DNA of 64,000 nt from an uncultured Gemmatimonadales bacterium. GTDB lineage: Bacteria; Gemmatimonadota; Gemmatimonadetes; Gemmatimonadales; GWC2-71-9. The notes under the pieces were generated by a model, which saw only the letters and a list, made by a program, of their open reading frames with translations, ran no database searches and was not told where the DNA came from. Made by a program: the position numbers and the translations under genes. Where the stretch lies: assembly GCA_963825055.1 (NCBI GenBank), contig CAWGSK010000012.1, forward strand, positions 608,001-672,000. The letters are read 5' to 3'. Each line of letters starts with the position of its first letter. The stretch's first letter is position 1. Positions 1-10,030 of this stretch are shown here, piece by piece.

Positions 1-1050
1 GCGCCCGCGCACGTCCGGCGCGTCCACCACGATCTGCCGGTCGAACCGGCCCGGACGGAGCAGCGCCGGATCCAGCACGTCGGGCCGGTTGGTCGCCGCG
101 AGGAGGATGACGCCTTCGTTGGACTCGAAGCCGTCCATCTCCACCAGCAGCTGGTTCAGGGTCTGCTCCCGCTCATCATGCCCCCCGCCGAGCCCCGCGC
201 CACGGTGGCGTCCCACAGCGTCGATCTCGTCAATGAAGATGATGCACGGCGCGTGTGCCTTGCCCTGTTCGAACAGGTCTCGCACGCGGCTCGCGCCGAC
301 GCCCACGAACATTTCGACAAAATCCGACCCTGACATCGAGAAGAACGGCCGTCCCGCCTCGCCCGCCACCGCCTTGGCCAGCAGGGTCTTGCCGGTGCCC
401 GGCGGGCCGACGAGCAGCGCGCCCTTCGGCAGGCGACCGCCGAGGCGGGTAAACCGCTGCGGATCCTTGAGGAACTCGATGATCTCCTGCAACTCGACCT
501 TCGCCTCGTCCGCGCCGGCCACGTCCGCGAACGTCACCTTGGGAGTGTCTCCCGAGAGCAGCTTCGCCTTGGACTTGCCGAACGAGAACGCGCGGCTGCC
601 GCCGGCCTGCAGCTGGCGCATCAGGAAGAACCAGAGGCCGAACATCACGATCCAGGGCAGCGCCGCGAGGAGGAACGTCGTGAGCCCGTTCTTCGCCGCC
701 CTGGCGGAGATGGGTACCCCGGTGTCCTCGATCCGCTTCAGGATCATCTCGCTGTTGCTGATCGGCAGGAGGACGGTGAAGCCGCGCGCCTGCCGTCCCT
801 CCTGCATGACGGGCGTGCGGAAGTCCCCGTGCAGCTCCTTGCCCTCCACCACCTCGATGTTGGCCACGTTGCCGGCATCGAGCTGCTTCACGAACTCGGT
901 GTACGTGAACTCCTGGGTCGGGCTGCTCTGCCGGCGCATCAGGTTGAACAGCGTGATGCCCAGCAGCACGACCAGCACCCAGAGGGCGAGGTTCTTGCTG
1001 AGACTTCCCCAGTTGCTCCCCGGCGAGCGGGGCGGTGTGCGTTCTGCCAT
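1..1050 (-). CDS. ftsH: ATP-dependent zinc metalloprotease FtsH (3' end runs off the window)
   Basis: Not in the ORF track; translated by hand from ATG 1050: two N-terminal TM segments, FADVAG, Walker A GPPGTGKT, Walker [50 protein letters not shown]; follows tilS-hpt. Confidence 0.98.
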   Translation of the reverse strand, partial: MAERTPPRSPGSNWGSLSKNLALWVLVVLLGITLFNLMRRQSSPTQEFTYTEFVKQLDAGNVANIEVVEGKELHGDFRTPVMQEGRQARGFTVLLPISNSEMILKRIEDTGVPISARAAKNGLTTFLLAALPWIVMFGLWFFLMRQLQAGGSRAFSFGKSKAKLLSGDTPKVTFADVAGADEAKVELQEIIEFLKDPQRFTRLGGRLPKGALLVGPPGTGKTLLAKAVAGEAGRPFFSMSGSDFVEMFVGVGASRVRDLFEQGKAHAPCIIFIDEIDAVGRHRGAGLGGGHDEREQTLNQLLVEMDGFESNEGVILLAATNRPDVLDPALLRPGRFDRQIVVDAPDVRGR

Positions 1051-1605
1051 CTATTCCAGGTCCGCTATGAACGGGAGATGCCGGTAATTCTCCGCGTGAT
1101 CCAAACCGTAGCCCACCAGGAAGGCCGGCGGGGCAAGAAATCCCGTGAACCGCAATTCCACGGGAGGTGCCGCTGCGACCTGCTTGTCCAGCAGGGCGCA
1201 GATCGCCAGACTCCGGGGCTGCCGCTCCGCGAGGAGCGACACCAACCGGTTCATGGTACGTCCACTATCAATAATATCCTCAACCAGCAGGATATGTTTG
1301 CCCTCGAGTTCCGTCTCCGGGTCATACAGCAGCCGGACATCACCGCTTGACACTTTCGCCGGGCCGTACGAACTCGCCACCAGGAAGTCCACCTGGAGCG
1401 GCCGCTCGATCTGGCGCACGAGATCGCTCAGGAAGATGAAGCTCCCCTTCAGCAGCCCCAGGACCAGCAGGTGCCCGTCGGGATACGCGGCCGTGATCTC
1501 GGCGCCCAGTTCCCGCACCCGGCCGGCGATGGTCGCCTCGTCGTAGATGATCGACTTGACGGGCTTGCCTCCCGTCCGCCGCAGCACATCAGCCGAAGCT
1601 GGCAT
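1051..1605 (-). CDS. hpt: Hypoxanthine phosphoribosyltransferase
   Basis: [34 protein letters not shown] motif, FLVGYGLD; start taken at ATG 1605. Confidence 0.96.
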   Translation of the reverse strand: MPASADVLRRTGGKPVKSIIYDEATIAGRVRELGAEITAAYPDGHLLVLGLLKGSFIFLSDLVRQIERPLQVDFLVASSYGPAKVSSGDVRLLYDPETELEGKHILLVEDIIDSGRTMNRLVSLLAERQPRSLAICALLDKQVAAAPPVELRFTGFLAPPAFLVGYGLDHAENYRHLPFIADLE

Positions 1606-2914
1606 CGACACGCACGCCCTCCGAACCTGCCTCCGGGACACCTTCCGCGCCGCGCGTCACGCGCGGCAGCCAGACAATCGTTCCTGCCCGTTCCACCACC
1701 GGCCATGCCGGACGGTGACGGCGCGCGACCCGCGCATCCTGGAGACACCGAACGACCAGTCGATGCCCGGCGCCACGCAGCGGTTGCACCCGTTCCCCGG
1801 GAAGCCAGGGGCGCACCGTGAGCGGGCCGGGCGTGAACCAGGCCGTCGCCCCCTCCCGCGCCTGCGTGGCCGGCACCCGTCCGGTCGACCACCGGAACCG
1901 CCACGCCCCCCAGGCCGCCTCCCCCGCGGAATCGTGCAGCGGAAGGATTCCTGCCGGAAGCGGCCGGGCCGCGTCACGCACGAAATGCAGGCGGCCGAAT
2001 GCCAGCTCGGCCCACCATCCGCCACCGAGGTCCGCGCGGCGCCCGCTGCCCGCCTGCCGGGCAAACGCGAACAGGCGGCTCGCGCGCGAGGGGCCCATGA
2101 GCCCGCCCGCGCGGCGCAGCGCCGCCATGAGGACCGCCGCACCCAGCGCCGAATCATAGTCCGCGAACGGGGTCACAGCAACGGACGCGCCATCGATTTC
2201 ACGCCGCCACTCGAGTGACGGGAGACGGTCCAGCGCCGCAGCCCACGCGCCACGCTGCTCCCGTGCCTGCCGCGCGGCCCGCCGCAGGCGGCGGTCCACG
2301 TCCGGAAGTCGCTCCCGGATCAGCGGCAGGATGGCGGTGCGGAGCCAGCTGCGGAGATGCCGCGGATCACGATTGGCCGGATCCTCCACCACTGGCCACC
2401 CCCGCTCCCGCACCCATGCCACGAGCTCCGCGTGGGTCCATGGCAGGAGCGGCCGGACAAGCCATCCCCTGCGCACGGCGATCCCGGCCAGGCCGGCGGG
2501 CCCGCTTCCGGCGAGCAACCGCATGAGGACGGTCTCCGACTGGTCGTCGGCGTGATGCGCGGTGAAGACCAGCGCCGCGCCGGTCTCCTCCCGGAGTGCG
2601 GTGAGCCAGGCATATCGCGCTTCGCGCGCGCGGGTCTCGCCCGCGCCGGCCCCCAGCTCCAGCCGAGTCGTCCGTACCGGGACGTCGAGCCGCTGGCCCA
2701 GCGCGCACACCGCCTCCGCCACCTCTCCGCTGCCCGGCTGTATGCCATGGTCCGCGTGTGCCACGACCAGGTCGAGCCCGTGCGCCTGGCGCGTCTCGAC
2801 CAGCAGGCCCAGGAGGGCGACGGAATCGGCGCCGCCGGACACCGCCACGATCGCGCGCCCCGCCGGCAGTTCGAGCGAGGCCAGATGCCGGGCGAAATCG
2901 GCCTGGAGACTCAC
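1589..2914 (-). CDS. tilS: tRNA(Ile)-lysidine synthetase
   Basis: VAVSGGADS PP-loop, AREARY, TAHHADDQSET, RPLL, EDPAN; GTG start 2914 overlaps upstream stop; tilS-hpt-ftsH synteny. Confidence 0.95.
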   Translation of the reverse strand: MSLQADFARHLASLELPAGRAIVAVSGGADSVALLGLLVETRQAHGLDLVVAHADHGIQPGSGEVAEAVCALGQRLDVPVRTTRLELGAGAGETRAREARYAWLTALREETGAALVFTAHHADDQSETVLMRLLAGSGPAGLAGIAVRRGWLVRPLLPWTHAELVAWVRERGWPVVEDPANRDPRHLRSWLRTAILPLIRERLPDVDRRLRRAARQAREQRGAWAAALDRLPSLEWRREIDGASVAVTPFADYDSALGAAVLMAALRRAGGLMGPSRASRLFAFARQAGSGRRADLGGGWWAELAFGRLHFVRDAARPLPAGILPLHDSAGEAAWGAWRFRWSTGRVPATQAREGATAWFTPGPLTVRPWLPGERVQPLRGAGHRLVVRCLQDARVARRHRPAWPVVERAGTIVWLPRVTRGAEGVPEAGSEGVRVDASFG

Positions 2915-3561
2915 GGGGTTCCGTCCAGGGCGGCCAGTGCCGCGCGCAGGTTGCGCCGGGCGTTCTCCTCGTAACGGCGCTGGAACCACGTGGTGCGGAA
3001 AAGCGGCTGCCGGGCCAGGAGGGATTCCAGCACCGCCTTTCTTCCCTCCCGGAATTCCCCGCCGGGCATCCATGCGTACTCGCGACGGATGGCGCTGTCG
3101 TATTCGGAGAAGACTGCGGGATCCTCGCCCAGGATGGACAGGTCGATGTCTGTAATCCACGACGCCGCGCCCTCCGCCGGGGGCCGCCCGTGCCCCGTGG
3201 CCCACACCAGCGCCTGCACCCGCTCCACCAGCGGGGACGGCACTCCGTGCGCGCGGAGCAGCGCACCGCCCACGCGGGCGCTTGCTTCCTCGTTGTCGCG
3301 CCGCGCGGGATCGTATACCAGGTCGTGGATCCAGAGTGCGGCTTCCACGGCGTCGCGATCCGGTACCCCCGGCGCGGCATCGAGCAGCGCGAAGCAGCGG
3401 TGAATATGATCGAGGTTGTGGTAGGCGCGGGCCGGCTCGCCGTATCTCGCGGCGATCACCGGCCAGCTGCCCCCGGCACCGCTCCCGATCCGCTCCAGCA
3501 GCGCCCCCCACCGGGCCTCCATGGCCTTGGCGCGGGCGCCGCCCTCCGTCGCGACCATCAT
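2911..3561 (-). CDS. Predicted HD-superfamily metal-dependent phosphohydrolase (COG4339-like)
   Basis: RAYHNLDHI, ALWIHDLVYDP, NEEASA, DIDLSILG, IRREY motifs; coupled to neighbours by 4-nt overlaps. Confidence 0.85.
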   Translation of the reverse strand: MMVATEGGARAKAMEARWGALLERIGSGAGGSWPVIAARYGEPARAYHNLDHIHRCFALLDAAPGVPDRDAVEAALWIHDLVYDPARRDNEEASARVGGALLRAHGVPSPLVERVQALVWATGHGRPPAEGAASWITDIDLSILGEDPAVFSEYDSAIRREYAWMPGGEFREGRKAVLESLLARQPLFRTTWFQRRYEENARRNLRAALAALDGTP

Positions 3562-4598
3562 GCGACGACGAGGCGTGCCACGTGGCGGCGTACCGCGCGC
3601 GCCAGGGTGACGACGGGGGAACTTCCGGTGAAGGCGCCGGCGATCGCATAGAGCGTGCGTGGGGAGAAGTCGGGTTCGTTGCTGATCGCCCAGACGCCCT
3701 CCCAGCCTTCGGGCTGCAGCTTGGACTTGAACCGGTCGAGGCCCTCGAAGTTGTAGAACCGTCTCCCCGCCCGCCGCACCACGCGGAAGGCGGTGCGAAG
3801 CCAGGCCTCCTGGCCCGCGCCCGGGCGCCCGGCGTGGCGGCTGAGCGGAGCCAGCCCCAGCGTCACGTACGCGGCTCCCCCGCGGTTCAGCTGGCGCATG
3901 GCGGCATCAATGAGAAGTTCCGCGGTGCCGTTGGGCGCCGCGCGGCCCCGGACGATCTGCTCCAGCAGCCATCCCCGGCGGGTGGGAATCGGCGAGGCAA
4001 CGAGGAAACCGACCGGGGCGTGCCCGCGCGACGCCACGAACACCCGGCGATCGAAGAGGCAGTCGAGTGTCTCGGGTTCCACCAGGAAATGGAGCGGCGG
4101 GAGCCCCCTTCCCTCGAGCCACTCATCAAGGCAGCCTCGCAGGCCGGGATCCTGTTCCGCCCGGGCCACCGGCCATTCCCGCACCCGTACCTGCTTGTTG
4201 CGCGCCCGGTTGACCTGTGACCTGATGGAGGAACAGCGGCGCACGATCCCGGGCCAGTGCCCCGGGTTCCACCATGGCTGGGCGCCCAGGAGGACGGCCG
4301 CGTGCCCCGTCCGGGCGGTGACATCGAGCAGCCGGCGCTCGGCGCCGAAGTAGCAGACCCGTTCCCCGCACCGTCTGGCATCTTCCTCGAACTCGCGTGC
4401 CACGGCGGGCAGCCGACTCTCGACGCAGACCGGTGCCCCCGCGGCCACACGTACCCCGTGACGGGTCACATGTCCGACGACGGCCTCGCCATCATGGGAA
4501 AACCAGTGGGAGATTCCGGGATTCACAATCTGGTAGGCCGTGGCGTTCCATCCGTAGCACTGGACCAGGGCGCGCACCCGTGACATCTCCGTCTCCAT
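3558..4598 (-). CDS. Stand-alone DUF2156 / MprF C-terminal-like aminoacyl-tRNA-dependent transferase domain protein
   Basis: VAAGAPV, APNGTAELLI, TLGLAPLS, FYNFEGLDRFKSKLQP-W motifs of the LPG-synthase C-terminal domain; no flippase TM domain; start ATG 4598 (4586 or GTG 4619 possible). Confidence 0.85.
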   Translation of the reverse strand: METEMSRVRALVQCYGWNATAYQIVNPGISHWFSHDGEAVVGHVTRHGVRVAAGAPVCVESRLPAVAREFEEDARRCGERVCYFGAERRLLDVTARTGHAAVLLGAQPWWNPGHWPGIVRRCSSIRSQVNRARNKQVRVREWPVARAEQDPGLRGCLDEWLEGRGLPPLHFLVEPETLDCLFDRRVFVASRGHAPVGFLVASPIPTRRGWLLEQIVRGRAAPNGTAELLIDAAMRQLNRGGAAYVTLGLAPLSRHAGRPGAGQEAWLRTAFRVVRRAGRRFYNFEGLDRFKSKLQPEGWEGVWAISNEPDFSPRTLYAIAGAFTGSSPVVTLARAVRRHVARLVVA

Positions 4599-4609
4599 GC
4601 GGGGGTGCG

Positions 4610-4894
4610 CTACGACCACGGGGCTTCCCGCCGGCGGTGGCGGAGGAGCATCAGGGCGCTTCCCGCCCAGCCTGCCCAGTTGACCAGGAACAGGATGAGC
4701 GGAGCGTCGGCGGGACGGCCCAGGCCCGCCAGCGAGCTGATTTCGTTGAAGATCAGTGCGGGCAGGAGCCCCCAGGTAAGGGGGATGCGCACCAGCCGTG
4801 GAATGGTCCATGGGAAAACGTATACCAGGGTGGCGAGTCCGGCGAGCAGCCCCGCGCCGCCGATGGCCACGAGGCGCCAGCGGGCGCGCGTCAC
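4610..4894 (-). CDS. Small hypothetical membrane protein (2-3 TM)
   Basis: Hydrophobic C-terminal part of ORF 4610..5119 from GTG 4894; fills the gap between two co-oriented genes. Confidence 0.6.
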   Translation of the reverse strand: MTRARWRLVAIGGAGLLAGLATLVYVFPWTIPRLVRIPLTWGLLPALIFNEISSLAGLGRPADAPLILFLVNWAGWAGSALMLLRHRRREAPWS

Positions 4895-4928
4895 CCGCGG
4901 CGCCCGGTGCAACGGGCGCCGGCCGCGC

Positions 4929-6275
4929 TCAGGTCGCGGCCAGCGCGGCCTCGTCCTGGAAGAAGAATCGTTCCTCGCCGAGTGCGGGCTCGAGATCGTC
5001 CAGCCAGATGGCCTCCGGGTCATGCCGGGCGAAGAAGGGCCGCAGGGCCCAGTCCGGATTCCGCCCCTGGAGCATGCGCAGCGCGAAGACGCGCTCGCCC
5101 TGCACCTCGGTGACGCCAACCACCTGCACCTTGCCGGGGAACGCGGACATGCTGGGCCCCCGTACGGTCCGCGCCAGGCCGCTCACCTGCTGGTAGGCCT
5201 CCCGGAACAGGCGCCAGGCGCGATCGAGGGAGAGTCCGAAGTAATGCTGCGCGCCGGTGTCCCTGACCACGAACATATAATAGGGCACGCATCCCAGCCG
5301 GACCTGTTCCTTCCACATGCGCGCCCAGAGCGCCGGGTCATCATTGATGTGCGCCAGCAGGGGCGACTGGGTCCGGATGGTGGCGCCGGTACGGCGCACC
5401 GCCGCGATCGCCTCATGGGCAGGGGTGGTGGACAGTTCCCGCGGGTGATTGAAGTGCGCCATGAGGGCGAGGTTGACACCCGCATCGGTCACGCGCGAGA
5501 ACAGGTCCAGGAGCTCGCCGGCATCCGGATCCGTCAGGAACCGGTAGGGCCAGTACGAGAGCGCCTTGCTGCCGATCCGGATCGAGCGCAGGCTCGGGAG
5601 CCTGGCCTCAAGCAGGGCTTCGATGTACGTGGCGAGCGTCTTCGTCCGCATGATCAGCGGGTCGCCCCCGGTGAACAGCACATCCGTGACCTCGGGATGG
5701 CGGCGCAGGTAGTCCACCAGCGCGTCCGTCTCGTTCATCGCGATCTTCAGCTCATCCATCCCGACGAACTGCGGCCACCGGAAGCAGAAGCTGCAGTACG
5801 CGTGACAGGTCTGGCCCTGGCTCGGGAAGAAGAGCACGGTCTCGCGGTACTTGTGCTGCATCCCCTTCAGCGTGTGCCCCCGCAGCGACGGCCGGTTTGC
5901 TTCCAGCTGGCCCGCCGGATGCGGACGCAACTCCAGACGGATGCGATCCGCTTCCTGACGGATGGCCCCCGGGCTCGCGCCGGCGCGCACCAGCCGGGCC
6001 ATGGCGTCGAAGTGGTGCGGCAGGAGCATGTCACGCTGGGGAAAGTTGAGGATGAACATCGGGTCGTCCGGCACCCGGTTCCAGTCGATGAGTTGCTCCA
6101 CGACATAGTTGTTCGTGCGGAAGGGCAGCACTTCACCCACCACGCGTACGGCAAACCGGAGCTCCTCGGGGAGGCCCTGGAACTGCTCGAGCTGGTCGAT
6201 ATTCCTGAGCGTCCACGGCCGGTAGCGCGGCCGCGCCGGGCGCTCAAGTTCCAGGCTGGCTGGGTAGGCGTTCAT
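4929..6275 (-). CDS. KamA-family (lysine 2,3-aminomutase-like) radical SAM protein
   Basis: CHAYCSFC (CxxxCxxC), HKYRETVL, DVLFTGGDPL, HFNHPREL, TQSPLL-IND, PYYMFV, GPSMSAFPGK (candidate PLP lysine); SD AGGGGG upstream. Confidence 0.9.
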   Translation of the reverse strand: MNAYPASLELERPARPRYRPWTLRNIDQLEQFQGLPEELRFAVRVVGEVLPFRTNNYVVEQLIDWNRVPDDPMFILNFPQRDMLLPHHFDAMARLVRAGASPGAIRQEADRIRLELRPHPAGQLEANRPSLRGHTLKGMQHKYRETVLFFPSQGQTCHAYCSFCFRWPQFVGMDELKIAMNETDALVDYLRRHPEVTDVLFTGGDPLIMRTKTLATYIEALLEARLPSLRSIRIGSKALSYWPYRFLTDPDAGELLDLFSRVTDAGVNLALMAHFNHPRELSTTPAHEAIAAVRRTGATIRTQSPLLAHINDDPALWARMWKEQVRLGCVPYYMFVVRDTGAQHYFGLSLDRAWRLFREAYQQVSGLARTVRGPSMSAFPGKVQVVGVTEVQGERVFALRMLQGRNPDWALRPFFARHDPEAIWLDDLEPALGEERFFFQDEAALAAT

Positions 6276-6661
6276 CTCGGCCCCCTGTATGAATTCACGG
6301 ACTGACTCGTGCCCGCCCGGGTTCCGGTCGGACGACGCTGGCGGAAACCCTCATGGAGGGAGCCCAGCGGCACGCCACCGGTTCCGTGACGCGCTGCGGT
6401 CCTGCCGGCAACCCGCGGAGGGGTTCGGCTGGTTCAGTGAACCGGCAGTCGCTGCAGCCGTACGAGATTCCCGGGTCGGATCGTGAGGGACCGGGAGGTT
6501 GGCGCCCGGATACTGACCGACCCCGGGGCGAAGATGGGAAATGTGACGAGGCTACAGCATTCTTAATGTGGGGCGTAAAGCGGGATATGACAAGTGTCAG
6601 GCGGCTATAGCATTGCCATGCAAGATATTACGTGTCTCCATTAAAGTACTTTCAAGGCTTG

Positions 6662-7255
6662 CTAGGTCTGGGAGGGCGAAATCCACTTCGGCTCCCTCGC
6701 CGGCGGTTTCCACGCGGTCATCCGCTGCACCAGGCGTTCCGCGCTGGAGTCGACCAGGACGAGTGCGCGGTGGGCCGGGCGGACGAATCCCTCAACGACG
6801 GCGGTGTCCAGGAACTGAAGCAGCCCGTCGAAGTATCCACCGGCGTTGAGCACCCCGAGCGGACGGGAATGGAGGCCGAGCTGGGCCCAGGTCCAGATCT
6901 CGAACAGCTCCTCCAGCGTGCCAATGCCGCCGGGCAGGGCGATAAAGGCCCGTGCGAGCTCGGCCATCAGGGCCTTCCGTTCGTGCATGGACTCCACCAC
7001 CCGCAGTTCGGTCAGCCCTGGATGCCCGATCTCGCGCTCCATCAAGCCACGCGGGAGGATACCCGTGACGCGTCCGCCCGCCGCAAGCGCCGCATCCGCC
7101 AGCGCACCCATCATGCCGAGCGCCGACCCGCCATAGACAATCCCCACCCCCTGCCCCGCCAGCAACGCACCCATCGCGCGGGCGCTGTCGGCGTACGTGG
7201 CCCGGCGTCCGGCGCTCGAGCCGCAGAACACACAGACGGGATCGATGGCCGCCAT
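6662..7255 (-). CDS. LOG family nucleotide monophosphate phosphoribohydrolase (TIGR00730-like)
   Basis: CVFCGSS, VYGG, MHERKALM, PGGIGTLEELFEIWTWAQLG. Confidence 0.95.
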   Translation of the reverse strand: MAAIDPVCVFCGSSAGRRATYADSARAMGALLAGQGVGIVYGGSALGMMGALADAALAAGGRVTGILPRGLMEREIGHPGLTELRVVESMHERKALMAELARAFIALPGGIGTLEELFEIWTWAQLGLHSRPLGVLNAGGYFDGLLQFLDTAVVEGFVRPAHRALVLVDSSAERLVQRMTAWKPPAREPKWISPSQT

Positions 7256-7722
7256 CAGGCCGACCTGTCCAGCCTGGTCAGCATCCGCAGCACGGCCACG
7301 AGAAGGATGGTGGCACCCGCCGCGAGCAGTACATGCCGCAGGCCGACCGTGATCCCGACGGCGCTGGTGGCCCAGATGGACGCGGCGGTGGTCAGCCCCC
7401 GTACCCGGTCCTCGCTGCGGGAGAGGAAGATCGTACCACCGCCGAGGAAACCGATTCCGGTGGCGACCGCGGCAATTGCCCGGACGGGATCGAACCGGGC
7501 CACGCCGGGGTTGCCGTGAAACTCGAGCATGACGAGTTCCGCCATGATGATGAACATCGCGGAGGCGATTCCCACCACCATGTGAGTCCGGAGCCCCGCA
7601 GATTTCCCCACGGTCTCACGCTCCCACCCGATAATCCCTGCGAGGACACCGGCGATGACGAGCCGGAGCAGCGCGGAAAGGTCGGTCCCGACCATCGAGG
7701 CGTCGAACAGGCGGCTCAGCAT
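7255..7722 (-). CDS. MgtC/SapB family membrane protein (short form)
   Basis: IGWERE-AGLRTHMVV, ATGIGFLGGGTI, GLTTAASIW. Confidence 0.93.
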   Translation of the reverse strand: MLSRLFDASMVGTDLSALLRLVIAGVLAGIIGWERETVGKSAGLRTHMVVGIASAMFIIMAELVMLEFHGNPGVARFDPVRAIAAVATGIGFLGGGTIFLSRSEDRVRGLTTAASIWATSAVGITVGLRHVLLAAGATILLVAVLRMLTRLDRSA

Positions 7723-8192
7723 GCTGCCGCCACCGGAAACGTGAGCAGGGGAAGCCAGCGCTCGGTGCCGGCCACCGGGGCCGCGACCTGCCCCTGCGGA
7801 ATGGCGCCCAGCCGCCGGTAGAAGGGTTCAGCGTTGGGATCAGCCTCGATCCGGATCTCCCTGCACGCGAGCCGGCGGGCCTCGTGTACGGCGTCGGCAA
7901 AAAGTGCCCGGCCGACCCCCTGTCCCATGCAGCACGGGTCGACCCAGAAGTGCATCAATTCGCAGGTCGCGCCGCGGGGCTCGATCACGTGGAACCCGGC
8001 GACCTTCCCGTCCTGCTCCGCCACACGCACGGTGCCGCGCTCGATGGTACCCGAATCAATGCTGAGGACCGGCGCCCACTCGTGGAGCCATTCGACAGGA
8101 TAGTCCCAGTGGGCCTTCGAGCGCCGGGAAAGGGCCGTGAGCAGGGCGGCCTCCCCGGTGCGCCCGGGACGGATGTGCAGGGCGGACATCAT
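7716..8192 (-). CDS. GNAT family N-acetyltransferase
   Basis: RSKAHWDY, FWVDP-MGQGVGRALF acetyl-CoA motif, ADPNAEPFY. Confidence 0.92.
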   Translation of the reverse strand: MMSALHIRPGRTGEAALLTALSRRSKAHWDYPVEWLHEWAPVLSIDSGTIERGTVRVAEQDGKVAGFHVIEPRGATCELMHFWVDPCCMGQGVGRALFADAVHEARRLACREIRIEADPNAEPFYRRLGAIPQGQVAAPVAGTERWLPLLTFPVAAAC

Positions 8193-10030
8193 GGCTCCGT
8201 CGGTGGAGGTCCCCGCAAAATAGCGCCCCCCGGACGGTGGAAGTGGAGACCCCCGTCCTCCAGGCGCACGGGGGCGGGATCGGTGGAGAAGCCGTCATCT
8301 TCCGTCGTGAAGATCACCTCCCATTTCTTTCCCCCTCCCTTCCCGCCGGCCGGCGGCCACTCGACCCGCCCGGGCCCTTCCAGGCACACCACCACGGCCA
8401 GGGTTGCCCCGTCCTCCCGTGCCTTGCGGGTGAGCCACACGCTGCTGTTGTCCGGGGCCCCCGCATCGAGCAGGCCCGGCTGCAATGACCGCCGGAACCG
8501 CAGGAGGGCCCGGCAGAGCCGAAGCACCTGCGCATGGGCCGGGGCGTCCGGCTCGCTCCAGTCCAGGTGGCTGCGCCTGAATGTGGAGGGGGTCTGGGGA
8601 TCGGGAATCCGGGCGCGGCGCGAAGGATCGGCAAATGCGCGGAAGGCGGCGAACTCGTGGCGGCGCCCCTCGGTGACCAGCCGGCCGAGTGCATCGTTGT
8701 GGTCGGTGAAATACTGGAACGGGGTCGTGGCGGCCCATTCCTGTCCCATGAAGATGAGCGGGGTCTCCGGCACCGTAAGGAGGAGCAGCGTGGCCGCCCG
8801 CCAGGCATCGGCAGGAATTTCCCCGCTGAGTCTGTCCCCCATGGCGCGGTTGCCGACCTGGTCGTGGTTCTGCAGGCACACCACGAACTGCTCGAGCGGG
8901 CGCCCCCCCGGGTCGGTGCCGCGCCGGCGTCCGCTGACGGGCCCGTGCTGCCCCGTAAAGAACCAGCCGCGGCGGATACATTCGGCCAGCTCCGTTGTCG
9001 TCCCGCAGAAGTCCGCGAAATATCCCTCGTCATCCCCCGCGAGGCGCCGCCGGACGATGTGGTGGAAATCGTCCGCCCAGACCCCGTCGAGGCCATAGCC
9101 GTCCCCGGCTGCGGGACGGATCAGCGTCGACAGGTTGCGGTGGTCCTCCGCTATGACCACCACGGGCCGCGGGACTGCCGCCCGGACCCGGCGGGCGACC
9201 TCGGCCACGATGTGCTCACGGCTCTCGTCCACGATAGCGTGCGTGGCGTCGAGTCGCAGGCCGTCCATGTGGTAGTCCCGGATCCAGTGCATCGCGTTAG
9301 CCACGACGAATTCCCGCACGGTGGGGACGCCCCCGTCGAAGTTCACCGCGTCGCCCCATGGCGTGTCGTGGCGGTCCGTGAAGAAATCGGGGCTGTAACT
9401 CGCGAGGTACGCACCATCGGGTCCGAGGTGATTGTAGACCACATCGAGGAACACGGCGATCCCGGCGTGGTGGGCCGCATCCACGAGGGACCGGAGGTCG
9501 TCAGGCGTGCCGTAACAGCGGCAGGGCGCGAACAGCGCGACTCCGTCGTAGCCCCAGTTCCAGCGGCCGGCAAAGTCGGCAACCGGCATGAGTTCCAGCG
9601 CACCGATGCCGAGGTCCCGGAGATAGGGGAGGCGTTCGGCCACGGCGCTGAAGGTGCCGGCCGGCGTAAAGGTGCCGACATGCATTTCATAGAAGGTGAG
9701 GTCCTGGAGCGGAGGCGCCTGCCAACCTGCATCGGCCCACTGATACCGGGCAGGATCCACCACCAGCGAGGGACCGTGGACCCCCTCGGGCTGGAAGCGA
9801 GACGCCGGATCCGGGAGGAGCCGCCCGTCGGGGAGGCGGTAGCGGTAGCGGGCGCCGGCGCCCACCCCCTCCACCTGCCCCTCGAACCAGCCGTGGCCGG
9901 CGGCCTCGAGCTCCGAGACGAAGGGCATCCCGTCCGCAGACTCTCCGTCCACGGCCATGCGTGCGTGTGCCGTGGCCCACACCCGGAACAGAGTTCCCGA
10001 CGAGACCGGAGTCGCGCCGAACTCAGTCAG
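8189..10030 (-). CDS. treZ: Malto-oligosyltrehalose trehalohydrolase (GH13)
   Basis: FGA-FRVWA N-terminus, [49 protein letters not shown]; probable CTG start at 10030. Confidence 0.95.
   Translation of the reverse strand: MTEFGATPVSSGTLFRVWATAHARMAVDGESADGMPFVSELEAAGHGWFEGQVEGVGAGARYRYRLPDGRLLPDPASRFQPEGVHGPSLVVDPARYQWADAGWQAPPLQDLTFYEMHVGTFTPAGTFSAVAERLPYLRDLGIGALELMPVADFAGRWNWGYDGVALFAPCRCYGTPDDLRSLVDAAHHAGIAVFLDVVYNHLGPDGAYLASYSPDFFTDRHDTPWGDAVNFDGGVPTVREFVVANAMHWIRDYHMDGLRLDATHAIVDESREHIVAEVARRVRAAVPRPVVVIAEDHRNLSTLIRPAAGDGYGLDGVWADDFHHIVRRRLAGDDEGYFADFCGTTTELAECIRRGWFFTGQHGPVSGRRRGTDPGGRPLEQFVVCLQNHDQVGNRAMGDRLSGEIPADAWRAATLLLLTVPETPLIFMGQEWAATTPFQYFTDHNDALGRLVTEGRRHEFAAFRAFADPSRRARIPDPQTPSTFRRSHLDWSEPDAPAHAQVLRLCRALLRFRRSLQPGLLDAGAPDNSSVWLTRKAREDGATLAVVVCLEGPGRVEWPPAGGKGGGKKWEVIFTTEDDGFSTDPAPVRLEDGGLHFHRPGGAILRGPPPTEP

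Noticed and set aside
1589..3649. Long N-terminal extensions on tilS (and likewise on rph, ridA, pgeF and the Omp85 ORF 22709..25960)
   Set aside because: They overlap upstream genes in other frames; starts reassigned to coupled codons
3558..4931. KamA-like TGA is followed by a hairpin (4898-4921) and an open frame running into the DUF2156 gene, suggesting Sec read-through fusion
   Set aside because: The ~110-codon linker is low-complexity and overlaps a better membrane-protein ORF in another frame; the TGA lies after the complete domain, not at a Cys position; open frames are common at this GC
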